Assembly: GCA_913040915.1 (NCBI GenBank)
Contig: CAJWHW010000021.1
Coordinates: forward strand, 1-39,140
From: an uncultured Fidelibacterota bacterium
GTDB taxonomy: Bacteria > Fidelibacterota > Marinisomatia > Marinisomatales > UBA1611
Length of the DNA stretch: 39,140 bases
Direction of reading: 5' to 3'
Part shown: positions 18,277 through 27,421 of the stretch, piece after piece
Layout of the letters: the number at the start of each line of letters is the position of its first letter
Position numbering within the stretch: position 1 is the first letter of the stretch
Position numbers and translations under genes: made by a program
Notes under the pieces: generated by a model
Database searches by the model: none
What the model was told of the DNA's origin: nothing
The model's input: the letters and a program-made list of their open reading frames with translations, nothing else

Positions 18277-20280
18277 ATGGCAGAGTTTAAAATCTCATCC
18301 GAATTCACTCCACAGGGAGATCAGCCTCAAGCAATTGAAGAATTAGTTAAGGGTGTCAACCGTGGTGATTTGTATCAAACTTTATTGGGTGTTACAGGAT
18401 CAGGAAAAACATTCACTATGGCTAATGTGATTCAAGCGGTTCAAAAACCAACATTAATTATGAGTCATAATAAAACATTAGCAGCACAGCTTTATGGAGA
18501 ATTCAAACAATTATTTCCTGATAATGCAGTAGAATATTTTATTTCATACTATGATTATTATCAGCCTGAAGCTTACCTTCCTGTCACTGATACTTTTATT
18601 GAAAAAGATATGTCAGTTAATGAAGAAATTGATAAACTTCGATTGAAAGCCACCAGTTCTCTCATGGCGAGAGAAGATGTTATTGTGGTTAGTTCTGTAT
18701 CCTGCATATACGGCATTGGTTCGCCTGAAGACTATAACAAAGGTTCTGTTACGATATCCGTTGGAGATTTATTAGACCGCCGTTCCTTTTTATCCAGTTT
18801 AATCAATATTCATTATTCGCGTAATGATAAAGTTTTAGAACGAGGAAACATTCGTATTCGCGGGGACGTATTAGAAATATTTCCTGCATATGAGGATAAA
18901 TGTATTCGTATTGAATTATTTGGCAATGATGTTGATTCTATTACAAAATTTGATCCGATAACTGGTGAAATAAAGGAGACTCTACATACAGCAGTGATTT
19001 TCCCGGCTAAACATTTTGTAACAGACAAAGAAACAATCCTTCGTGTCATTGGCGAAATTCGAAACGAATTGACTGATCGATTGGATTTCCTTAGGTCCAA
19101 TAATAAGCTATTAGAAGCACAGCGTTTAGAACAAAGGACTAATTTTGATATTGAAATGATGATTGAATTAGGTTATTGTTCAGGCATCGAAAATTATTCA
19201 AGAATTTTTGCCAATAGAAAACCTGGTGAAACACCATATACTTTACAGGACTTTTTTCCGGAAAATTCTCTTACGATTTTAGATGAATCTCATGTGACCT
19301 TACCCCAAATCCAAGGCATGTACAATGGCGATCGGGCAAGAAAAGAAACCTTAGTTGAACATGGGTTTCGTTTGCCTAGCGCCTTAGATAATCGGCCTTT
19401 AACCTATAATGAATTTTTCAAAGCACAGAAACAAATTATTTTTACATCTGCCACTCCTTCGGAACGTGAATTGAAACTGTGTAAGGGCATTATTATTGAA
19501 CAGATTATCCGTCCAACTGGACTACTAGACCCGGATGTGGATATACGTGAAACCAGAGGCCAAATTGATGACCTAATCGGTGAAATTAGATTAAGGGTAA
19601 AAAGGAAAGAGCGAACCTTGGTTACAACTCTAACAAAACGAATGGCAGAAGATTTGACTGAATATTTAACCGGATTAAATATTCAGGTTCGATATCTCCA
19701 CTCAGATATTGATACTTTAGAGAGAGTACAGATTTTGCGAGAACTTCGAATAGGGGTATTTGATGTTTTGGTTGGCATCAATTTACTCAGGGAAGGTCTG
19801 GATTTACCGGAAGTAAGTTTGGTAGCTGTTTTAGATGCGGACAAAGAAGGATTTTTGAGATCAAAAAGTTCTTTACTTCAGGTGGCAGGCCGTGCTGCTA
19901 GGAATGAACAAGGCCTTGTAATTTTGTATGGGGATAAATTGACTGATGCGATGAAAAATCTAGTCTATACCACTGATAAAAGAAGGAAAATACAATCTAA
20001 ATTCAATAAAAAGTATGGTATAAAACCAAAAACCATTCATAAGTCTGTTGATGAGATAATAACATCAACAGTTGTTGCAGACTCAATGACTGAAGAAGAT
20101 GATGTTTATATTCCAGGATATGATACAGATTATTTGCCTGACACTGAAAAACAAATGATACTGGTGGAATTAAGAAAAGCCATGTTAGAAGCGGCCGAAA
20201 AATTAGAATTTGAGAAAGCAGCAAAGATTAGGGATGAAATTAAAAAATTTGAAAAAGAATTAGGAGTGACTGTAGAATGA
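18277..20280 (+). CDS. uvrB: excinuclease ABC subunit B
   Basis: GVTGSGKT, YYDYYQPEAY, DESH, GINLLREGLD, GRAARN, C-terminal UVR domain. Confidence 0.98.
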   Translation: MAEFKISSEFTPQGDQPQAIEELVKGVNRGDLYQTLLGVTGSGKTFTMANVIQAVQKPTLIMSHNKTLAAQLYGEFKQLFPDNAVEYFISYYDYYQPEAYLPVTDTFIEKDMSVNEEIDKLRLKATSSLMAREDVIVVSSVSCIYGIGSPEDYNKGSVTISVGDLLDRRSFLSSLINIHYSRNDKVLERGNIRIRGDVLEIFPAYEDKCIRIELFGNDVDSITKFDPITGEIKETLHTAVIFPAKHFVTDKETILRVIGEIRNELTDRLDFLRSNNKLLEAQRLEQRTNFDIEMMIELGYCSGIENYSRIFANRKPGETPYTLQDFFPENSLTILDESHVTLPQIQGMYNGDRARKETLVEHGFRLPSALDNRPLTYNEFFKAQKQIIFTSATPSERELKLCKGIIIEQIIRPTGLLDPDVDIRETRGQIDDLIGEIRLRVKRKERTLVTTLTKRMAEDLTEYLTGLNIQVRYLHSDIDTLERVQILRELRIGVFDVLVGINLLREGLDLPEVSLVAVLDADKEGFLRSKSSLLQVAGRAARNEQGLVILYGDKLTDAMKNLVYTTDKRRKIQSKFNKKYGIKPKTIHKSVDEIITSTVVADSMTEEDDVYIPGYDTDYLPDTEKQMILVELRKAMLEAAEKLEFEKAAKIRDEIKKFEKELGVTVE

Positions 20281-21239
20281 AATATTTAGTAACCGGTGGC
20301 GCTGGTTATATTGGCTCTCATATTGTTTATGAATGTATTGACCAAGGACATGAAATCATCATCTTTGATGATATGTCACATGGGTTAGAAGAGAACATTG
20401 ACTCAAGAGCAAAATTTGTCAAGGGCAGCACTCATTCTGATTACGATCTAAATAATGTAATGGCTGATGGTTTTGACGGTGTTATACATTTAGCTGCATG
20501 GAAAGCAGCGGGGGAGTCTATGACACATCCAGAGAAATATGCAAAGAATAATGTTTCAGGTTCTTTGAATTTATTGAATGCTTGTGTACGTCACGGGATA
20601 AAATATTTTGTCTTTTCATCATCATCTTCTGTATATGGGAACCCTATCTACATTCCTATTGATGAAAATCATCCTGTAAATCCTGTCAGCTATTACGGAG
20701 AATCAAAATATCTAGTAGAGCGTAATTTAAAGTGGTATAGTAAATTGAAAGGAATCAGGTATGCATCTTTGCGATATTTCAATGCAGCAGGGTATGATAT
20801 TAAGGGTAGAATTAAGGGGCAGGAGCGGGATTCATTAAATTTGATTCCAATTACAATGGAAGTTGCAGCAGGAATCCGTGATAAAATAGAAGTATTTGGA
20901 AATGATTATGATACAGATGACGGAACCGGTGTTAGAGATTATATTCATGTTAATGATTTAGCAAGTGCACATGTAAAAGCCATTAATTACATTTATGAAC
21001 AAAATAAAGATTTAACTCTGAATCTTGCTACTGGTAATGGGTATTCCGTTTTAGAGATTATTCAAAAAGCCATTGAAATAACGGGAAGAAATATTTCTTA
21101 TGAAATTGTTGCGCGGCGAGATGGAGACCCAGCTAAAGTAGTCGCTATTTCAAAAAATGCAGAAGAAATTTTAGATTGGAGAGCCGAAAATTCAGAACTG
21201 GATACTTTAATTCACTCCGCCTGGAAAGTTTATCAATAA
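20277..21239 (+). CDS. galE: UDP-glucose 4-epimerase
   Basis: TGGAGYIGSH, GES, YGESK, LRYFNAAG, DGTGVRDYIHV. Confidence 0.93.
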   Translation: MKYLVTGGAGYIGSHIVYECIDQGHEIIIFDDMSHGLEENIDSRAKFVKGSTHSDYDLNNVMADGFDGVIHLAAWKAAGESMTHPEKYAKNNVSGSLNLLNACVRHGIKYFVFSSSSSVYGNPIYIPIDENHPVNPVSYYGESKYLVERNLKWYSKLKGIRYASLRYFNAAGYDIKGRIKGQERDSLNLIPITMEVAAGIRDKIEVFGNDYDTDDGTGVRDYIHVNDLASAHVKAINYIYEQNKDLTLNLATGNGYSVLEIIQKAIEITGRNISYEIVARRDGDPAKVVAISKNAEEILDWRAENSELDTLIHSAWKVYQ

Positions 21240-21266
21240 AAAACAATTTATCTAAAAGGATATGTA

Positions 21267-22484
21267 ATGATTGAAATCGATCGATTACAAAAAAAATCTG
21301 GAATTATTGGAACTTCTGATGGTATACGGCAAGTTCTAGAAATGATTACACAAGTAGCACCAGTTGATATTTCAGTGCTTATCACAGGTGAGTCAGGTGT
21401 GGGGAAAGAAGTAGTTACCAAAGCACTTCATCAAGCAAGTAATCGATCAAACAGTCCATTAGTTGTTGTGAATTGCGGTGCCATACCGGAAGGTATTATA
21501 GAATCAGAATTATTTGGGCATAAGCAGGGATCTTTTACTGGTGCCGGGCAAGATAGAAAAGGATATTTTGAAGAAGCAAATAAAGGCACAATTTTCTTAG
21601 ATGAAATTGGTGAGACCCCTTTAGAAACTCAGGTAAAATTACTTCGTGTATTAGAAAGCGGCGAATTTATGCGGGTGGGAGAAGCAAAAACACGGTATAC
21701 AGATGTTCGTGTAATTGCTGCCACAAATAAAGATTTGAGTGAATTAGTAAAAAGGGGTGATTTTAGGCAAGATCTTTATTATCGATTAAAAACAGTAACG
21801 ATAAATGTTCCCGCGCTTAGAAACCGTGTTGAAGATATTGGCCCCTTAGTAGAGAGATTTGCGTTAGAATTTACTAGGTCAAATGATTTTCTTTACCGTG
21901 GGTTTATGCCAGAGGCAGTTCGCGTATTAAAACAATATGAATGGCCTGGTAATGTGAGGGAGTTGAAGAATTTTGTAGAAAAAATCATCGTAATGAAGAG
22001 AGGAGAACGAATCACGGTAGAAATGGTTCAAAATGAATTGATTGATGTTTTACCATCGGAGACAGTTAATAATCCGGCATTACCTGTTTTAGTTAACCAA
22101 TCTTCAGATAAAGCAGAAATTGATTTGATTCTTCGACAACTATTTATGCTGAAGCAGGATACGGAAATGATCCAAAAATTTCTTCTTAGTGGACAGGTTT
22201 CCAAGAGTGGGACTCCTGTTAATGTAATGGATAGCACTAATCTCGGAATGCCGATTCCGGAAAAATCCATGGAGATTACTGAAGATGGTCAAAAACTTAT
22301 TCGGGATGACGCCATAGGAGATATGGCAATTAAAGATTTGGAAGAGGAAGCAGTAAAAAGAACATTACAATTTTTTAATAACAATCGACGTAAAACTGCT
22401 AGATCATTAGGTATGAGCGAGAGGACACTATACAGGAAAATCGAAGAGTTTGGTTTAGAACCAAAAATTAAACGGAGAAAGTAG
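21267..22484 (+). CDS. sigma-54-dependent activator (AAA+ plus Fis HTH, no N-terminal sensor domain)
   Basis: GESGVGKE, ESELFGH..GSFTGA, FLDEIG, FRQDLYYRL, WPGNVREL, TARSLGMSERTLYRKI. Confidence 0.93.
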   Translation: MIEIDRLQKKSGIIGTSDGIRQVLEMITQVAPVDISVLITGESGVGKEVVTKALHQASNRSNSPLVVVNCGAIPEGIIESELFGHKQGSFTGAGQDRKGYFEEANKGTIFLDEIGETPLETQVKLLRVLESGEFMRVGEAKTRYTDVRVIAATNKDLSELVKRGDFRQDLYYRLKTVTINVPALRNRVEDIGPLVERFALEFTRSNDFLYRGFMPEAVRVLKQYEWPGNVRELKNFVEKIIVMKRGERITVEMVQNELIDVLPSETVNNPALPVLVNQSSDKAEIDLILRQLFMLKQDTEMIQKFLLSGQVSKSGTPVNVMDSTNLGMPIPEKSMEITEDGQKLIRDDAIGDMAIKDLEEEAVKRTLQFFNNNRRKTARSLGMSERTLYRKIEEFGLEPKIKRRK

Positions 22485-22485
22485 A

Positions 22486-23046
22486 ATGAAAAAAACCAAA
22501 ACTATTTTACTTTGCATTTTATTTTTATTTCATACATCCTGCGGGTTTTATTCGATGGCTGGCTCAATTCCTCCCCATATCAAATCTATTGCAGTCCCGC
22601 TGATGGATAATGAAACAGCTGAATTTGGATTAGCTGAAAATATTACAGATAGTATTTTAGCACAGTTCAACGAAGCAGGGATATTAAACGTAACAGACGA
22701 ATCGTCAGCTAATTCTATTTTACGTGGAACAATTAAAAAAGTAAATGAAGGACCATACACATATAGCAAAAAAGAGTCTGTATCAGAATTCCGTTATAAA
22801 ATTGATGTGAAAGTTTTTTGGTATGATATTTCTCAAGATAAAAATATATTGGAAGGTACTTATTCAGGATTCGGTGCATATGGTCTGAGCGGAGATATTG
22901 GATCAGATGGGATTGATAACGATAATGATGGTAAAATCGATGAGGAAGATGATGATGAATTTGGTGAACCGCGTGCTTTTGCAACGAAGGTTGCTGTGCG
23001 TAAAATTGCGGAAGATATTTTAAATGATATAATGACAACATGGTAA
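22486..23046 (+). CDS. lptE: LptE family lipoprotein with acidic insertion
   Basis: Lipobox HTS-C19 followed by G.YS.AGSIPPHIKSIAVP..DNET; A...LRGTI; C-terminal helix ending in W, as in FCB-type LptE. Confidence 0.8.
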   Translation: MKKTKTILLCILFLFHTSCGFYSMAGSIPPHIKSIAVPLMDNETAEFGLAENITDSILAQFNEAGILNVTDESSANSILRGTIKKVNEGPYTYSKKESVSEFRYKIDVKVFWYDISQDKNILEGTYSGFGAYGLSGDIGSDGIDNDNDGKIDEEDDDEFGEPRAFATKVAVRKIAEDILNDIMTTW

Positions 23047-23049
23047 TAT

Positions 23050-24345
23050 ATGAAAACAGTTACAATAAATAAGCTTGGTAAATATTTAGATCAGGAAGTC
23101 CAACTTAAAGGTTGGGTTTATAATACGAGAAGTGTGGGTAAAATTTGGTTTCTAATTTTTCGAGATGGTACAGGTCTACTCCAAGGCGTAGTTGTTAAGG
23201 GTGAAGCAACTAATGAAGCATTTGACCTTGAGCAATTATTAAATCAGGAAGATTCCGTGATTGTAACAGGAATCGTCCGAAAAGAATCAAGATCCATTGG
23301 AGGGTATGAGTTAGCAATAAAAACAATTTCTGTAGTTAATTTTGTGTCACAAGAATATCCTATTACTCCTAAAGAGCATGGCGCAGATTTTCTTATGTCT
23401 AATCGTCATTTATGGTTACGATCCAAACGTCAAAATGCTATAATGCGTGTTCGTCATCAGGTGGTAAAAGCCATTCGTGATTTTTTTGATAATAATGGAT
23501 TTACTTTAATTGATTCACCGATTTTTACGGGCAATGCAGTTGAAGGAACTACGAACTTGTTTGAAGTGGATTATTTTGGGCGATCAGCATATCTTACTCA
23601 GAGTGGCCAACTATACCAGGAGGCCGGTGCTTTTGCTCTTGGAAAAACTTATTGTTTCGGACCAACATTTAGAGCAGAGAAATCAAAAACTCGTAGACAT
23701 TTAACTGAATTTTGGATGGTTGAGCCAGAAATGGCATACGTTGATTTAGATGAAAATATGACCTGGGCTGAGAATCTTGTTGGAGCAATAATTACTAGAG
23801 TTTTAGAACAATGCCAAAATGAATTCAAATTGTTGGAAAGAGATATTGCAAGGTTAGAAACCGTTGTACCTCCTTTTCCAAGAATTACATATGATGAAGC
23901 GTCTACATTATTGAAAGAAAATGGTAGAGATTTCAAGTATGGCTCAGACTTTGGAGCTCCAGATGAAACATTACTTTCGGAACAGTTTGATAAACCTATT
24001 ATGATTCACCGTTGGCCTGCAGGAATAAAAGCTTTTTATATGAAGCGAGATGAAGATAATCAAGATTTAGCTTTAGGAGTGGATATGATTGCTCCTGAAG
24101 GTTACGGAGAAATTATTGGTGGTGGTCAAAGAGAGGATGACCTTGATGTTTTGGTTAATACTATTCGACATCATGATTTACCCCTGGAGCCATTTAAGTG
24201 GTATTTAGATCTTCGTAAATATGGCTCTGTTCCTCATTCGGGTTTTGGACTTGGTTTAGAGCGAACTGTGGCATGGATTTGTGGTACAAAACATATCCGT
24301 GAAACTATTCCCTTTCCCAGAACAATGTCACGGTTAGAGCCATAA
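23050..24345 (+). CDS. asnS: asparagine--tRNA ligase
   Basis: OB fold GWV...FRDGTG, RHLWLR, LTQSGQLY, FRAEKSKTRRHLTEFWMVEPE, GFGLGLER. Confidence 0.97.
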   Translation: MKTVTINKLGKYLDQEVQLKGWVYNTRSVGKIWFLIFRDGTGLLQGVVVKGEATNEAFDLEQLLNQEDSVIVTGIVRKESRSIGGYELAIKTISVVNFVSQEYPITPKEHGADFLMSNRHLWLRSKRQNAIMRVRHQVVKAIRDFFDNNGFTLIDSPIFTGNAVEGTTNLFEVDYFGRSAYLTQSGQLYQEAGAFALGKTYCFGPTFRAEKSKTRRHLTEFWMVEPEMAYVDLDENMTWAENLVGAIITRVLEQCQNEFKLLERDIARLETVVPPFPRITYDEASTLLKENGRDFKYGSDFGAPDETLLSEQFDKPIMIHRWPAGIKAFYMKRDEDNQDLALGVDMIAPEGYGEIIGGGQREDDLDVLVNTIRHHDLPLEPFKWYLDLRKYGSVPHSGFGLGLERTVAWICGTKHIRETIPFPRTMSRLEP

Positions 24346-24806
24346 TGGGATTTAAGGCAAGAATATCGGTCTTTGGAGGTCGCGAAATTTCAAAAGATAT
24401 TTATATAAACACACTTGAGATCGGGCGAAAATTAGCTGAAGAAAATTTTCTTGTTTTCTGCGGTGGCGGAGATGGAGTGATGGAAGCTATCTCAAAGGGA
24501 GTTCAAGAAAAGAATGGAACGGTAATTGGAATTCTAAAAGGACGAGAATTAGATGAAGGGAATGATTACTTAACCTTTCCGATTGCTACAGGGATTGATA
24601 TTGCGCGAAATGCTATTCTTGCTTATAACTGTGATGTAGCGGTGGCAATTTCAGGCAAATACGGAACAATGAGTGAAATTGCGTATGGATTGCAACTTGG
24701 TAAACCAGTGATTGGTTACAAAACCTGGGATATTAATAACATGATAATAGCTCAATCACCTACTGATGTAATTTCTAAAATAAATAAGGAGATACTTTAT
24801 GTTTAG
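24345..24806 (+). CDS. TIGR00725 / LOG-like (SLOG) nucleotide-binding protein
   Basis: CGGGDGVMEA, ATG...ARN, G.YGTMSEIA, GKPVIG. Confidence 0.85.
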   Translation: MGFKARISVFGGREISKDIYINTLEIGRKLAEENFLVFCGGGDGVMEAISKGVQEKNGTVIGILKGRELDEGNDYLTFPIATGIDIARNAILAYNCDVAVAISGKYGTMSEIAYGLQLGKPVIGYKTWDINNMIIAQSPTDVISKINKEILYV

Positions 24807-25071
24807 AATTCATGTTATGGTTTCTGGAAAAGTACAAAATGTCGGGTTTCGTAAATATACTCAAGATAAAGCAATGGAATTGGGGATTACTGGCTGGGTA
24901 AAAAATTTATTTGACAACGCAGTAGAAATTATTGCTGAAGGAGATATAGATAGTTTAACAGAATTAACTGGCTGGCTGCAATATGGTTCGCCTTTAGCTA
25001 AAGTAAAAAAGTTAAGTATTGAGTGGTATCCAAGTGAAAATAAGTTTGAATCTTTTGAGATTACTCGATGA
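24799..25071 (+). CDS. acyP: acylphosphatase
   Basis: GKVQNVGFR, GWVKN, VEIIAEG, GSPLAKV. Confidence 0.92.
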   Translation: MFRIHVMVSGKVQNVGFRKYTQDKAMELGITGWVKNLFDNAVEIIAEGDIDSLTELTGWLQYGSPLAKVKKLSIEWYPSENKFESFEITR

Positions 25072-26678
25072 AAATTACTCTTTGCCAAGTGAATCCCATT
25101 GTTGGTAATCTTCAAAACAATACAGATCTTATATTAAAGTATTACAGTAAATGCTTAGAGTCTAATGCAAATATTATAGTATTTCCTGAGATGGTTATTA
25201 CTGGCTATCCCCCTCAAGATCTTTTGTGGGAACCTGGTTTTATTGATCAAAACTTATCTTATGTAAGTCATATAGCAGCAAATACGTCAAAACCGCTTAT
25301 TTTGGGTTACGTTAGAAAGAAAGATGATAAACTATACAATTCTGCTGCAGTTTGTTTTGAAGGAAAAATACAAAGTGTAATTGATAAAATACTTTTACCA
25401 TCCTATGATGTATTTGATGAAGATAGATATTTTTCCAGTGGAGAATCTCCAAAGATAACATCCATTCCTTGCAATGGAAAAAATGTCAATATTGGTATAC
25501 AGATTTGTGAAGATTTATGGGACCATGAATACGATTGTAAAGTAAGCCAAATACAAAAGAATATGGGTGCTGAAGTGTTGATAAATATTTCTGCATCGCC
25601 ATATCATGATGGACGTTTAATTAGAAGAAAGGATTTAATTCAGGAAAAAGTAAAAGAAACAGGACTACCAATTTTGTATTGTAATATGGTCGGTTCTCAA
25701 GATGAATTGATTTTTGATGGTGAATCACTAGCATTCGATGCTAATGGCAATTGTTTAGGACAAGGTAAACCCTTCAAAGAAGATATTATATCTGTAGATT
25801 TAAATTCTAATAAAAGGGTTGAGATACAATCTGCACCTCGAGAGGAGAAGATGTATCGTGCTTTATGCCTTGGCGTCTCAGATTACTTTTTCAAAACTGG
25901 ACATAAGGAAGCTGTATTAGGGCTTTCCGGGGGTATTGACAGTGCTTTGGTTGCATCAATTGCCGCAGATGCACTGGGTCCAGAAAATGTTCATGGTATT
26001 TCTCTCCCTTCCAAATATTCTAGCGACCACAGTTTATCCGATGCAAAAGGATTGGCACAATCATTGGGTATTGATTACCGTATAATTCCCATTCAGGAAG
26101 CAGTGGAAGGAATCGAGACCGTTCTACATCCTCATTTTTTAAGACAAAAATCTAATGTTACTGAAGAAAATATTCAGGCACGTGTTCGTGGAAATTTGCT
26201 CATGGCACTATCAAATAAATTTGGCTGGATGGTTTTATCCACAGGGAATAAAACTGAATTGGCATTAGGATACTGCACTTTGTATGGAGATATGAGTGGT
26301 GGGCTTGCAGTAATTTCTGATTTAAGTAAAACCGATGTATATGCTATTGCTAATTGGGTAAATACTCAGCAACCTGAAAGAATTCCTGAAGGATCTATAC
26401 TTAAACCACCTTCAGCAGAATTAGCTCCAAACCAGGTAGACCCATTTGATTACGATATAGTGAGTCCATTAGTGGATGCAATTGTTGAAGAAAGAAAATT
26501 ACCATTGGAATTGGTTCAAAATGGAGCAGAATCTGAATTAGTAAATTCATTATATCAAAAAATTCGTTTCAATGAATATAAGAGAAGGCAATCTGCGCCA
26601 GGACTTCGGGTTTCTTCCAAAGCATTTGGTGCGGGAAGGCGTGTTCCGATTGTAAACCATTATAAGGGTAGGTTTTAA
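25068..26678 (+). CDS. nadE: glutamine-dependent NAD+ synthetase
   Basis: Nitrilase domain (FPE, K..LP.YDVFDE.RYF, ICEDLW) fused to a synthetase domain (GLSGGIDS, ENIQAR, TGNKTE, GYCTLYGD, PSAEL). Confidence 0.97.
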   Translation: MKITLCQVNPIVGNLQNNTDLILKYYSKCLESNANIIVFPEMVITGYPPQDLLWEPGFIDQNLSYVSHIAANTSKPLILGYVRKKDDKLYNSAAVCFEGKIQSVIDKILLPSYDVFDEDRYFSSGESPKITSIPCNGKNVNIGIQICEDLWDHEYDCKVSQIQKNMGAEVLINISASPYHDGRLIRRKDLIQEKVKETGLPILYCNMVGSQDELIFDGESLAFDANGNCLGQGKPFKEDIISVDLNSNKRVEIQSAPREEKMYRALCLGVSDYFFKTGHKEAVLGLSGGIDSALVASIAADALGPENVHGISLPSKYSSDHSLSDAKGLAQSLGIDYRIIPIQEAVEGIETVLHPHFLRQKSNVTEENIQARVRGNLLMALSNKFGWMVLSTGNKTELALGYCTLYGDMSGGLAVISDLSKTDVYAIANWVNTQQPERIPEGSILKPPSAELAPNQVDPFDYDIVSPLVDAIVEERKLPLELVQNGAESELVNSLYQKIRFNEYKRRQSAPGLRVSSKAFGAGRRVPIVNHYKGRF

Positions 26679-27103
26679 TGAAATATCAAATTTTAATTAT
26701 ATTTATTTTGACCAGTATTTTTGCACAGGAGTCCACTCCGGCAGAGTTTTGGAGCAGTTATTCACAGGAAGAAAAAATCGCATTTATAAATGGAGCATAT
26801 GGCGCCATTGCCAAATTAAAAGCTCACCATCAAGCTGAATTAAGGAAGCAATTTCTTCATGAAGAAAATTTTGTAGAACCATATTATATTGAGAGGTTTT
26901 ATGATATTGCAGATGAATATCGATCAAAAGAAGTTGGCTATAATTTGAAAATTATAGCTTTACACATGGACGCATTTTATACAAACTCTGATAATTTAAA
27001 TATACCTGTATTAGAAGCATTGCGAGTAGTATCCTTAATGCAGGATGGTGAACAAAGAACAGCAAACGTAAGATTACTTAGGGCTCAGCAAAAGTATCAA
27101 TAA
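26678..27103 (+). CDS. hypothetical secreted alpha-helical protein
   Basis: Signal peptide ending IFA-Q; TAATG coupling to nadE. Confidence 0.8.
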   Translation: MKYQILIIFILTSIFAQESTPAEFWSSYSQEEKIAFINGAYGAIAKLKAHHQAELRKQFLHEENFVEPYYIERFYDIADEYRSKEVGYNLKIIALHMDAFYTNSDNLNIPVLEALRVVSLMQDGEQRTANVRLLRAQQKYQ

Positions 27104-27372
27104 TACTTTTATATCTATTTCCCAACTGACCAAAGATAAAATAATAGAAAAAAAATATTGAATCTTGGCCGATTTGGTCTTGCGAAATATCTGAATTTCC
27201 ATGGACTTATGGACAAAAGGAAACATGGTTAATCCTAAAAGGAGAAATTATAGTCATTACAGAAACTGAAAGAGTTACCATTCACACTGGTGACTATGTG
27301 ATTTTTCCTAAAGGATTATCCTGCCATTGGAATGTTTTAAAGCCAGTGCGGAAATATCATTCATTTGGATAA
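27096..27372 (+). pseudogene. DUF861/cupin_3 family gene, frameshifted and lacking a canonical start
   Basis: 27160-27372 reads ESWPIWSCEISEFPWTYGQKETWLILKGEIIV...GDYVIFPKGLSCHWNVLKPVRKYHSFG*; in-frame TAG at 27145; the N-terminus joins via the A8 run 27148-27155. Confidence 0.8.
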
Positions 27373-27405
27373 TCAGATTTTGTATCTATAAACACCACAT
27401 TTAAC

Positions 27406-27415
27406 TCCGTAATTT
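27406..27415 (+). promoter_or_regulatory. putative -10 element of lepA (leaderless)
   Basis: TCCGTAATTT ends 6 nt before the ATG; identical 10-mer ends 7 nt before the uvrB ATG; no SD. Confidence 0.45.
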
Positions 27416-27421
27416 CGTCGG

